DNA from: a virus
Lineage: Duplodnaviria; Caudoviricetes
Strand: one strand, 5' to 3'
DNA length: 64,000 nucleotides
IMG/VR virus record: IMGVR_UViG_3300032295_003787
Coordinates: 387-64,386 of that record
Shown: piece by piece, positions 46,108-53,634 of the stretch
Layout: every line of letters begins with the position of its first letter
How positions within the stretch are numbered: position 1 is the first letter of the stretch
The notes under the pieces: model-generated
The model's database searches: none
The model's input: the letters and a program-made list of their open reading frames with translations, nothing else
Told to the model about the DNA's origin: nothing
Program-made: the position numbers and the translations under genes

Positions 46108-46730
46108 CAACAATCGTTGCAATTCAAGGGGACGGGTTTGCCGTCGTCGGAACAGACTCAAGAATCTCACTACTGAACGAAGACGGAAGCGCGTATCAAA
46201 TCGCAACCCTCGGCGGTGGCACTAGCAAGATTGCAGCTAATGGCAAGTACTTGATTGGGGCCGCCGGAGATTTAAGAGCGATAAACATACTTCATCACGC
46301 ATTCCAGCCCCCAGCTCCAGCACCGTCCCTTAAAGGAAAGCGTTTGGACTCCTTCATAACTACTAAATTTATTCCAGCACTAAGAGCTTGTTTCGAAGAA
46401 CAGGGATATGTCCTAGTAGATAAGTCCGGTCCTAACAAGGCCGAACAAGACAGTCAGCTAATGGTCATAGTGAATGGCTGTGTCTATGTCATCGATTCTG
46501 ATTACTCATGGATGAACGACAGCTCTGGGGTGTACGCATTGGGTACCGGTTGCACATACGCACTAGGAGCAATGCAGGTTCTCGCCGGTGCCAAGAAGAT
46601 GTCAATATCTCAGGCTAAGCAAATGTTGTTAAAGGCGCTGGGGGTGGCGGCTAAGTTCGACCCAGGTACTGGGAGTCCATTTCAAACCTACGTTCAGGAG
46701 AATCATGTCAGAACAAAACAACCGGAATAA
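46104..46730 (+). CDS. HslV/proteasome-beta-like Ntn hydrolase
   Basis: GTG start gives (M)TTIVAI with N-terminal Thr nucleophile; DSR, KI, IGAAG, ALGTG..YALGA and D..TG motifs. Confidence 0.8.
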   Translation: MTTIVAIQGDGFAVVGTDSRISLLNEDGSAYQIATLGGGTSKIAANGKYLIGAAGDLRAINILHHAFQPPAPAPSLKGKRLDSFITTKFIPALRACFEEQGYVLVDKSGPNKAEQDSQLMVIVNGCVYVIDSDYSWMNDSSGVYALGTGCTYALGAMQVLAGAKKMSISQAKQMLLKALGVAAKFDPGTGSPFQTYVQENHVRTKQPE

Positions 46731-47055
46731 TTTAACCGGAAGAAAACAACCCAACCTTCTTAAAGGTCTTGCTATACAAACTTCAGCATGGATGGCCAAC
46801 GCTAATTGCCGAGGAAAAACAAACCTCATGTTTCCCAATGGCCATAAGGACATTAGCTACATTCAGACAGCAAGAAGCATCTGTTCTGAGTGCACCGTCA
46901 GCAAAGAGTGTTTAGAGTACGCACTTGAGTTTCCGGCAGCCGATATGCATGGAGTTTGGGCAGGGTTGACAAGTAGACAACTAGCTGCCGAACAGAAGAG
47001 AAGAGGCGTTGGACCTACGAGACCTACGCTCGCCCAGATGTGGGGCGAAGGCTAA
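46705..47055 (+). CDS. whiB: WhiB family transcription factor
   Basis: W...ANC...ARSICSECTVSKECLEYAL...GVWAGLT four-Cys WhiB signature. Confidence 0.92.
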   Translation: MSEQNNRNNLTGRKQPNLLKGLAIQTSAWMANANCRGKTNLMFPNGHKDISYIQTARSICSECTVSKECLEYALEFPAADMHGVWAGLTSRQLAAEQKRRGVGPTRPTLAQMWGEG

Positions 47056-47501
47056 AGAGTACAGACGATGAAGTTCAGATTGCCAGAAGCGGCAGTCAGA
47101 ATGGGCTTCACATCTTCCCAATCAAGCCCACCGATACCGCAACCAATGCGAGGCATAGCAATGGTCTCTACGCCTGCACCAACAGCCATATCGTGCATAC
47201 GATTAACTGAAACCTCAAGAGCTGTAACGCGAGCATCTCGACCTGGCTCAATCTGGGTAAAGAGATTGTAGAGACGGTAGGGGCCTTCTTCTTCGCCGGA
47301 GTTGATGTCACAAGCGAAGACTCCACCAAGACGGGCACGTTCTTCGTTGCAAAAAAGGTTGTACAACTGTTCGGCTCGAGGGTACATCTTGGCGATTTCG
47401 CGGGCAATCCCACCAGCCATAGCGGCTTTCATATTGACTCCATGAGCCAAGGCGTCGCATGGGATTTTAAGGGCATCAGTGTTGGATAGTTCAGTAAGCA
47501 T
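47052..47501 (-). CDS. Macrodomain (ADP-ribose binding/hydrolase) protein
   Basis: AHGVN...MAGGIA, NLFTQ and IAMPRIGCGIGGLDW motifs. Confidence 0.85.
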   Translation of the reverse strand: MLTELSNTDALKIPCDALAHGVNMKAAMAGGIAREIAKMYPRAEQLYNLFCNEERARLGGVFACDINSGEEEGPYRLYNLFTQIEPGRDARVTALEVSVNRMHDMAVGAGVETIAMPRIGCGIGGLDWEDVKPILTAASGNLNFIVCTL

Positions 47502-47507
47502 GTCTTT

Positions 47508-47551
47508 ATCGTAGCGAGCCACTTGCATTAGCGCAAGGGGACATATAAGAT
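47508..47551. promoter_or_regulatory. Overlapping divergent sigma-A-like promoters (macrodomain / methyltransferase)
   Basis: Plus: TTGCAT-17-TAAGAT (47523-47551). Minus: TTGCGC-17-TACGAT, 6 nt before ATG 47501 (leaderless). Confidence 0.6.
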
Positions 47552-47559
47552 GCCTAACT

Positions 47560-48192
47560 ATGACCACGTTTGGAAGCATATTCTCCGGAGCCGGAGGGTT
47601 CGACATAGGACTAGAACTAGCAGGATGGGAATGCCGCTGGCAGGTTGAATGGGATAAGGACTGTCAAGACGTTCTCCAGAAGAACTGGCCCGACATCCCT
47701 AAGTACCTGGACGTTACAAACGTTAAGGGAGATGAGCTCACCCCGGTAGACGCCATCTCTTTCGGTAGTCCATGCCAGGACCTTTCACTCGCCGGCACCC
47801 GCAAAGGCTTCGGCGGGGACCGTTCATCAATGTTCTTCGAAGCCACACGAGTAATCAAGGAGATGCGTGATGCAACAGGAAATCAATCCCCCCAATGGGT
47901 TATCTGGGAAAACGTCGTCGGAGCACTTAGCAGTCGAGACGGTGACGACTTTGAGGCAGTCTTGGCCGAAATGGCAAAACTGGGGGCGAATCACATTGAA
48001 TGGGGAATCCTCAATGCGGAATACTTCGGAGTACCCCAGCACCGGCGACGAGTCTTCGTTGTGGCCCGTCTTTACACTCCAGGACGTGAATACAGTCCCA
48101 TCGAAGTACTTCCTCTCGCAGAAAGCCGCAGCCGGGATACTTCGTCGCGCTCACTCCAGCACAATTCCCCAGGTGGTCAGGGACATCCTTGA
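47560..48192 (+). CDS. DNA cytosine-C5 methyltransferase, N-terminal part (motifs I-VIII)
   Basis: FSGAGG, GSPCQD, WENVVG and PQHRRRVF; motifs IX-X are absent. Confidence 0.88.
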   Translation: MTTFGSIFSGAGGFDIGLELAGWECRWQVEWDKDCQDVLQKNWPDIPKYLDVTNVKGDELTPVDAISFGSPCQDLSLAGTRKGFGGDRSSMFFEATRVIKEMRDATGNQSPQWVIWENVVGALSSRDGDDFEAVLAEMAKLGANHIEWGILNAEYFGVPQHRRRVFVVARLYTPGREYSPIEVLPLAESRSRDTSSRSLQHNSPGGQGHP

Positions 48193-48547
48193 GTCTGTAG
48201 AGAACGGAACTATCCACCGGATTGAGTCTGTTCACCCCTATATCGTGGATGGAACACGGGTTTCCAACGTCCGGGTGTACGAATACATCTACCCAACCCT
48301 CAAAGCTCGAATGGGCACAGGCGGCAACAATGTCCCTCTGGTGACCCAGGTTGACGCCAATGGGGTAGGGCGAATCCGCAAACTCACCCCTTCAGAGGTG
48401 GAAATGGTTATGGGGTGGCCAATGGGGCACACCCTCTTGCGGGTGAATGGGAGCGTCGTTTCGGATACCCAGCGCTACAAGATGTGCGGGAATGGGGTCG
48501 TCAGCCCTGTGGCGAAGTGGATAGCTCAGCAAATCGACAAAGCGTAG
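47867..48547 (+). CDS. Overlapping-frame second subunit of the C5 methyltransferase (EcoHK31I-beta-like segment + motifs IX/X)
   Basis: AGGAG RBS before ATG 47867; KYFLSQKAAAGILRRA, TLKARMGTGGNNVP, RKLTPSEVEMVMGWP and QRYKMCGNGV. Confidence 0.7.
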   Translation: MMQQEINPPNGLSGKTSSEHLAVETVTTLRQSWPKWQNWGRITLNGESSMRNTSEYPSTGDESSLWPVFTLQDVNTVPSKYFLSQKAAAGILRRAHSSTIPQVVRDILESVENGTIHRIESVHPYIVDGTRVSNVRVYEYIYPTLKARMGTGGNNVPLVTQVDANGVGRIRKLTPSEVEMVMGWPMGHTLLRVNGSVVSDTQRYKMCGNGVVSPVAKWIAQQIDKA

Positions 48548-48550
48548 GAT

Positions 48551-48579
48551 TTGCAATTTCCTAAAGCTCTGTTTATAAT
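48551..48579 (+). promoter_or_regulatory. Sigma-A-like promoter TTGCAA-17-TATAAT
   Basis: Near-consensus hexamers, 7 nt upstream of ATG 48587. Confidence 0.7.
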
Positions 48580-48586
48580 CACAGAC

Positions 48587-49135
48587 ATGATTAATCGCTA
48601 CAAGGGTTATTGCAAGAGCTGCGACGGGTTCGTCCCAGCGGGAGAAGGCATCTACGACTTTGGTGCCACATGGTGTGGAGAGCTCATCCGGTGGCCAAAC
48701 GCGTCTCTGGGGTACATCTGTGCACGTGAATGGAACAGTATGCATGACGGCCCAACCAAAACTGCCGAGTGCATCATCGCGGAGATGGAAGCCAAAGCTA
48801 TGGAGGAAGAGAACATCCGTAGGGAGAACCTTCTCAAGAGTCTGATTGAAGGGGGAGAGCTTGAAGCCTTGGGCAAGAAAGCAAACGTTCGCTCACTCCA
48901 GGCAGTTATCACTAAGATTGCAGGAGACAAGACTCTGGCAGAGCTCGATTTGTATGAGGCCCTCCACGTTCAGACTGAGCTTCGTAAGCGCATCGGACAG
49001 AAGAACCGCAAGAAAGAGCTCGTGGAGTACAAAAGCAACGGAATCTGCTGGCGCTGTGGGGGAGCTGGGAAAGCCGACAAATGGATGCACACAGGGTACG
49101 TCTGCTACCAGTGTGGAGGAACAGGAAAAGCATGA
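48587..49135 (+). CDS. Hypothetical protein with N- and C-terminal Zn fingers
   Basis: NRYKGYCKSC...VPAGEG; CWRCGGAG...CYQCGGTG. Confidence 0.65.
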   Translation: MINRYKGYCKSCDGFVPAGEGIYDFGATWCGELIRWPNASLGYICAREWNSMHDGPTKTAECIIAEMEAKAMEEENIRRENLLKSLIEGGELEALGKKANVRSLQAVITKIAGDKTLAELDLYEALHVQTELRKRIGQKNRKKELVEYKSNGICWRCGGAGKADKWMHTGYVCYQCGGTGKA

Positions 49136-49284
49136 AGAATCGCCGGCTGAAAATCACGGACAAATCCTGGTGGATAGGACCGATTGGGCATGGGAAGACA
49201 GGACCGACAATTCAAGGGTTCGTCGTACTGTTCTGGGGAATAGGAGTGCCTTTGTACGTCCTAGCCCTGATTATGACGAGGTAA
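49132..49284 (+). CDS. Small membrane protein
   Basis: ATGA overlap; single C-terminal TM. Confidence 0.4.
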   Translation: MKNRRLKITDKSWWIGPIGHGKTGPTIQGFVVLFWGIGVPLYVLALIMTR

Positions 49285-49355
49285 AAGGGGCAAAAGTAGT
49301 AGCCGCCGCGCGTCGGTCAGAACTTTCCGCGATTTTGTAATTGACAAAAGACAAT

Positions 49356-49700
49356 TTACCCGACCCTGATTTTGCACTCCTTGCAGTATGGGATGTTCGC
49401 GACGTGTTCGAGCTCGGGGGTGCAGTCGGTTCGTCCGCAGGGCATGAGCAGCTTTTCCCCGGTTGCCCAGGCGCGTATCTGATGGGCCGGCGTAGGGAGC
49501 GGCGTTGCTGCCTGGGGTGGTTCCGGCACACCCTTGTCGGCTAGTAGGTCGGCGTAGAGCCTGGAGGCCATCCACTCGTTGAGGGATATTTTGTGTTTCT
49601 TGCAGTGGGCGATGATTTGGTTCTTTAGCCACCCGGGGACTCGTACAACCATGTTGTAGTCCCCTTGTGGGTTATTCGCCGGCTGAGGCTGTCGAGGCAT
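49356..49700 (-). CDS. Ribbon-helix-helix DNA-binding protein with C-terminal Zn finger
   Basis: NMVVRVPGWLKNQII...ISLNEWM (Arc/HicB-type RHH); PCGR.DC...YCKEC. Confidence 0.6.
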   Translation of the reverse strand: MPRQPQPANNPQGDYNMVVRVPGWLKNQIIAHCKKHKISLNEWMASRLYADLLADKGVPEPPQAATPLPTPAHQIRAWATGEKLLMPCGRTDCTPELEHVANIPYCKECKIRVG

Positions 49701-49866
49701 CTCGGTGGACCAGTGTCATCAGGTACTCAGTCAGTGTCATGTCGTAGCCATCGGCTAGTTCGCATACGAGCTTCTTGTCTGCCGGCGAGAGGCGAACGGT
49801 GAGTGTGGTTGTTTTGTTCGCGTCAATTTTGGGAGGTCGTCCCATTCGGGTTTTCATGTTGGCCAT
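49672..49866 (-). CDS. CopG/RHH-like DNA-binding protein
   Basis: GRPP...TLTVRLS..DKKLV..LA...MTLTEYL. Confidence 0.6.
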   Translation of the reverse strand: MANMKTRMGRPPKIDANKTTTLTVRLSPADKKLVCELADGYDMTLTEYLMTLVHRDASTASAGE

Positions 49867-49909
49867 CTTTTCTTCCGGATGTTTTCTTCCGGTTGTTTAG
49901 TTCCTGGTT

Positions 49910-50398
49910 TTATTTACCGGATGTTTCGTTGCTAGGCAATTGAGCTAGTTCAATCTCCCAGGCTTCGAGCACTTCCTTGTATACTTCTGTGAATGAGTTC
50001 CGGTCCCCGTTGGTGTGAAGCGCTAGGGCAGCAGTGCCCCCCAGAAGAGCTACTGCTTTCTGTACACATGGGTGAAGATGTACCTGAACATATTCGCCTC
50101 GAGCTGAAGCTGCCCCTACTGCCTGTAGTGTGGCCCATGCCTCCGCGGGCTGGGGGGCCAACCCGTATTGCTTGTTCTGGTCTTGGAGGACTACGTACTT
50201 CCGTAGAGCGCCTGGACGCGGCATGTAGCTGTCGGCAATTGCTAAAGAGTCGAGTGAACGGTGACAGTCCTGAAGATTCAGGTCACTGAGTAGACGCCAC
50301 CAAGCTTCGTAGATGACTTTGGCGGACGACTGAGGCACTACCTGGTTCCAGGTTGCATAGACGCGGTCTACGAGTTCAACTAGTTCAGTCTTCGTCAA
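49910..50398 (-). CDS. Replicative helicase loader/inhibitor (G39P-like)
   Basis: MTKTE...AWWRLLSDL...MPRPGALR and PAEAW pattern; adjacent to the initiator-like ORF. Confidence 0.6.
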   Translation of the reverse strand: MTKTELVELVDRVYATWNQVVPQSSAKVIYEAWWRLLSDLNLQDCHRSLDSLAIADSYMPRPGALRKYVVLQDQNKQYGLAPQPAEAWATLQAVGAASARGEYVQVHLHPCVQKAVALLGGTAALALHTNGDRNSFTEVYKEVLEAWEIELAQLPSNETSGK

Positions 50399-50798
50399 GG
50401 AATCCTCCTCCAGATTGCCTGTCCATTGCCATGCCGGCGAAGCGCTCGATGTTCTGGGCGTTCCGGAATATCAGCTCGACGTCGTTGTACTTCTTGCCCT
50501 GTGGGTTTTGGCCCATGTGCCAGTCGCTGAAGCTACATCCCGTGATGGCGTCCAGGCATGTTTTGACCCCGTAGTCGTGGATTGCAGCGCCGATGACGAC
50601 TATCCGCTGGTCCGACATCGCCGGCTTTGGTCCTCGACCGCTCCGACAGGTCAGTACCCAGTGCTGGAAGACCTGCTCGATGAGCTCTTCCGCCACCAGG
50701 GCCGCTTTCTGCGGGCGCGACTTGGAGCTCTTCTTGGGGTTCGGCGCATCTGGCCAGTCGAAAAGTGTTTCATCTTTTGGCATAAGTGGTAAGGACAT
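50385..50798 (-). CDS. Phage replication-initiator C-terminal-like domain protein
   Basis: IEQVFQHW...R...I...YG...AI.GC..SDWHMG.N..GKKYND.ELIFR; no N-terminal wHTH. Confidence 0.55.
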   Translation of the reverse strand: MSLPLMPKDETLFDWPDAPNPKKSSKSRPQKAALVAEELIEQVFQHWVLTCRSGRGPKPAMSDQRIVVIGAAIHDYGVKTCLDAITGCSFSDWHMGQNPQGKKYNDVELIFRNAQNIERFAGMAMDRQSGGGFLDED

Positions 50799-50829
50799 CC
50801 TACCCCCAGGTGCTTGGGAGGTCAACGAG

Positions 50830-51150
50830 TAACTGGCGTTTGTTTGTAGCAGCTCTATGTTCCGACTAGAAAATCTTGGTACTCGACCGCGTCAGTCGAC
50901 AGGAGATTTGGTTTTGGACAGAGTTGTCTTAGGCCCCCCACGGTTTATAGACAATTTCTAAAGGTCGCCGTTGATTGATGGACCGACACCTTGCTTCGAG
51001 TTACGTTCTCGCGCTGAACCTCGACTTACAACTTGGCGCGCTTCCGTATGTATCTCACGAGCTTGGACGCGAGGCTACGCCCACGTCCCCGTGTGTTACA
51101 CCTGCAGGGGTCAGAATCCCTACGAGGCCATGCGTCTGTCAGTTGTGGAT
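50830..51150 (-). ncRNA. Candidate structured RNA/long leader upstream of the replication genes
   Basis: No credible ORF; hairpins at 51104-51123, 51065-51088 and 50883-50899; extended -10 (TGcTACCTT) on the minus strand at ~51155-51163. Confidence 0.3.
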
Positions 51151-51204
51151 TGACAAGGTAGCACCGGGGTGGGTCGCACGGCCAGGAAAGCAGAAAAAAT
51201 TTCT

Positions 51205-51249
51205 CTCATCCACCACCGTCATTTTTTTTCGCATGGCGGGAGCCCCGGA
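51205..51249 (+). repeat. Box A-B element copy 1 (variant)
   Basis: CTCATCCACCACCGTCA, 19 nt, AGCCCCGGA (box B inverted). Confidence 0.75.
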
Positions 51250-51331
51250 CATCGGGTTTTAGGATGCAGCATCCCCAGGCCCTGGAATGGAAATCCCGGG
51301 GCTATCGAGTCAGATTATTTAAATCCGGTCT

Positions 51332-51805
51332 CTAGACCAGGGGGAGGAGGAATTTTTGGCTTTCCCACATGATGCCGATAGCTGCGTAGCCGGCGATATC
51401 CATGACTGTGTCGTCAATGGATTCGTTATTCGGGTCATCCTTCTTGAGGGTGAGGTTTTCTAACCGTGCAATTTTGTCGTGCATCCGGACCATCAGCCCT
51501 TGTCGACCGAAGCGGCGAATATTTTCAGGGCCGTAATCGCGTTGCTTACGTATCAAAGTTTTGACCAGCGTCTCTTCTTTGATTTTGAAATCATTTTCCA
51601 TTCCCCACTCGAGCGCGTCAGCTCCGATGACAGCCCATCTACTGATTGCTGCATCAAACCCGGCGGGGCTGTGGAAGAAGTTATCGATGAAGTCGTCGTA
51701 GTCATCCCGGAGTTGTTCCAGGGAAGCTCTCTTACGTGGTCGAATCTGGCCGTAAATTATTTCAGCGGCTGTAGCGGCCGAAGAATTCCATGTCTCTAAG
51801 CTCAT
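51332..51805 (-). CDS. DUF1599 / nucleotide-modification-associated domain protein
   Basis: KQRDYG..NI..FG..GL.VRMHDKIARLENL...NESIDDT..DIAGYA.IG. Confidence 0.8.
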   Translation of the reverse strand: MSLETWNSSAATAAEIIYGQIRPRKRASLEQLRDDYDDFIDNFFHSPAGFDAAISRWAVIGADALEWGMENDFKIKEETLVKTLIRKQRDYGPENIRRFGRQGLMVRMHDKIARLENLTLKKDDPNNESIDDTVMDIAGYAAIGIMWESQKFLLPLV

Positions 51806-51852
51806 GAATGCATTTCTATCATATTTTTTCTCCAGGTCTTCTACATCTCGAG

Positions 51853-51897
51853 CTCTTCCGCCACCGTCATTTTATAAAAGACGAAAAGGGCGGGGCT
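51853..51897 (+). repeat. Box A-B element copy 2
   Basis: CTCTTCCGCCACCGTCA, 19 nt, GGCGGGGCT. Confidence 0.9.
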
Positions 51898-51944
51898 ATT
51901 GACCCCCATGTGTTTTTCCTTCGGCCCGGACGTGCCGGCAAAAG

Positions 51945-51974
51945 AAAAACTCCTGAGCCTCGAGGACCCAGGAG
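51945..51974 (-). terminator. Intrinsic terminator for 52066..52533
   Basis: CTCCTG...CAGGAG stem followed by a T-tract on the minus strand. Confidence 0.5.
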
Positions 51975-52065
51975 CTGTTCTATCTTTTACGTGTGTTTGA
52001 ATGAATTTAGTCAAAAACGTTGGACAAGAGTCCAAACACGATTGCTACTGCGAGCAAGTGATTCA

Positions 52066-52533
52066 TTACGCCTTCTTTTTGTCGTTTTTTCGGTCTTCTA
52101 CTGGGTCACGAACTTCGTACAACCCGCGGCCAATCTTCCAGAAAACATCTGGGTGGTCGCCAATATATTTCAGTGCCGTCTGGTAGGAAATTTCTCCGAT
52201 GTCTGCAATTTCTTTTGTAGACACCTGCTTGAGAATATTTTCTTTGCACCAGGCCTGGATGGAGGAGTACTTGTCTGAGCGTTTTGTCTTCGTCTCTAAC
52301 TCGGCATCAATTCCGGCGTACTTCTCGAGAACTTCGTTTGCGACGTCGGTGCGAACCATATAAAGGCTCATTGCTGCCGGTGGACGCATGTTCCCGTTTG
52401 TCGCCTGAAGGACCCATAGTGCACGCAATTTTTCGTTTACGTACGTGAGCTCTTCGAATGAAAAGTTTTCACCAAGCTCCTTCATCCAGGATTCTCGTTC
52501 TCGTCTTATGAACTCGTCAGTTAAGTTAACCAT
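52066..52533 (-). CDS. Hypothetical protein with C-terminal HTH-like segment
   Basis: GGGAG RBS; VSTKEIADIGEISYQTALKYI. Confidence 0.6.
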   Translation of the reverse strand: MVNLTDEFIRRERESWMKELGENFSFEELTYVNEKLRALWVLQATNGNMRPPAAMSLYMVRTDVANEVLEKYAGIDAELETKTKRSDKYSSIQAWCKENILKQVSTKEIADIGEISYQTALKYIGDHPDVFWKIGRGLYEVRDPVEDRKNDKKKA

Positions 52534-52546
52534 AGCTCCCTAAAAA

Positions 52547-52750
52547 TTATCCCTTTATTTCAACCCGGTGGTTTTCGACCCATTGTTCACCGCTGCCGTT
52601 GAGCGGCTCAATCAAATAATCAAGATGTCCGAATCGGAATCGAGCATCTTTGATGGTGACACCGAATATTAGGTCGTCCAACTTGACCATTCCCAATTTT
52701 CCTCGGTTGGCCAATCCTTCTGTAATTCCATCTTTTTGAATGATGTTCAA
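52547..52750 (-). CDS. Small hypothetical protein
   Basis: GAAGGA RBS then TTG; own promoter upstream. Confidence 0.45.
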   Translation of the reverse strand: MNIIQKDGITEGLANRGKLGMVKLDDLIFGVTIKDARFRFGHLDYLIEPLNGSGEQWVENHRVEIKG

Positions 52751-52783
52751 AATTGTTCCTTCTTTCGCTTTTAGCGCTGTTGA

Positions 52784-52812
52784 AATGTACATGCTGCAGC
52801 TGACAGTTGCAA
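52784..52812 (-). promoter_or_regulatory. Sigma-A-like promoter TTGCAA-17-TACATT
   Basis: Hexamers and 17-nt spacer on the minus strand. Confidence 0.55.
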
Positions 52813-52828
52813 CGTGCAAAAACAAATT

Positions 52829-52872
52829 CTCTTCCGCCACCGTCGCTTCTTTCCCGCTGGGCGCGCGGGGCT
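52829..52872 (+). repeat. Box A-B element copy 3
   Basis: CTCTTCCGCCACCGTCG, 18 nt, CGCGGGGCT. Confidence 0.88.
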
Positions 52873-52915
52873 TCTGATAGGGTGGAGAAACAATCGCGGA
52901 ATAAGGAGTTCTCAC

Positions 52916-53287
52916 GTGAATTATCAGGAAAAATGGTCGCGTAACGTTCTGGCGCTAAAAAATTTCGTCGAACGTAACGGCCATGCGAATGTGCCGTCGG
53001 CTTTTTCGGTCGAGCTCGAGGGAAAGCAAATTTTTCTCGGCCCCTGGGTCTCGAAGATTCGTTCGCAGCATCGAGCTGGGAAGCTGATTCCTCACCGGGC
53101 CAGAGAGCTCGAAGAAATCTCCGGGTGGCACTGGGACTCATCTCGCCCGGGCCCACGCGTTCCTGGCGGCCGTGATGAGGAAATACGCAATCGATTCGAA
53201 GCCGGCGAGACAACACGAGCAATCGCTAACGAGCTGAACCTAACCACTCAGCGCGTCAATCAGATTCTGCGGAAGAACCGCAAGTGA
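52916..53287 (+). CDS. Helicase-associated (HA) domain protein with C-terminal HTH
   Basis: W...LALKNF..RNGHANVP...LGPWVSKIR...GKL...R..ELE.I.GW.W; TTRAIANELNLTTQRVNQI; AAGGAG RBS. Confidence 0.75.
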   Translation: MNYQEKWSRNVLALKNFVERNGHANVPSAFSVELEGKQIFLGPWVSKIRSQHRAGKLIPHRARELEEISGWHWDSSRPGPRVPGGRDEEIRNRFEAGETTRAIANELNLTTQRVNQILRKNRK

Positions 53288-53541
53288 ACAAGTACGGTTC
53301 CTGGCGTAGCGAGGTTCCTCAAGCTGGATGGGATATTGGGATGGATGAGTCGAAGGCAGCGAAACTAGGGTTCCTTGTCCTCATGTGGATTGGAATCTTT
53401 TGGGCGGGTTCGGCTTGGCTTGTTTTGTGGGTCATAAGAAGCTCCGGGTATACGAGCTTCGATGTGACCTGGTGGAAGCTGTATCTCACTTCAATCGTGT
53501 TGACCATCGTGAGAGCAATAGACAAACGCGCACTTAGATAG
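53284..53541 (+). CDS. Two-TM membrane protein
   Basis: Hydrophobic segments; GTGA overlap. Confidence 0.5.
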   Translation: MNKYGSWRSEVPQAGWDIGMDESKAAKLGFLVLMWIGIFWAGSAWLVLWVIRSSGYTSFDVTWWKLYLTSIVLTIVRAIDKRALR

Positions 53542-53544
53542 ACA

Positions 53545-53576
53545 GAAACCCGACCCTGTCCAAGGGGCCGGGTTTC
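53545..53576. terminator. Stem-loop between convergent genes
   Basis: GAAACCCG...CGGGTTTC inverted repeat. Confidence 0.55.
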
Positions 53577-53634
53577 CTATCGCGTAGGCGAGCTTTCGCC
53601 TAGGAGGTGCAGCTAGCTCAAGCCAACGCGAGTT

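Noticed and set aside
51150-51180. TTGACA on the + strand as a promoter
   Set aside because: No TANNNT at 16-18 nt spacing and no downstream + strand gene.
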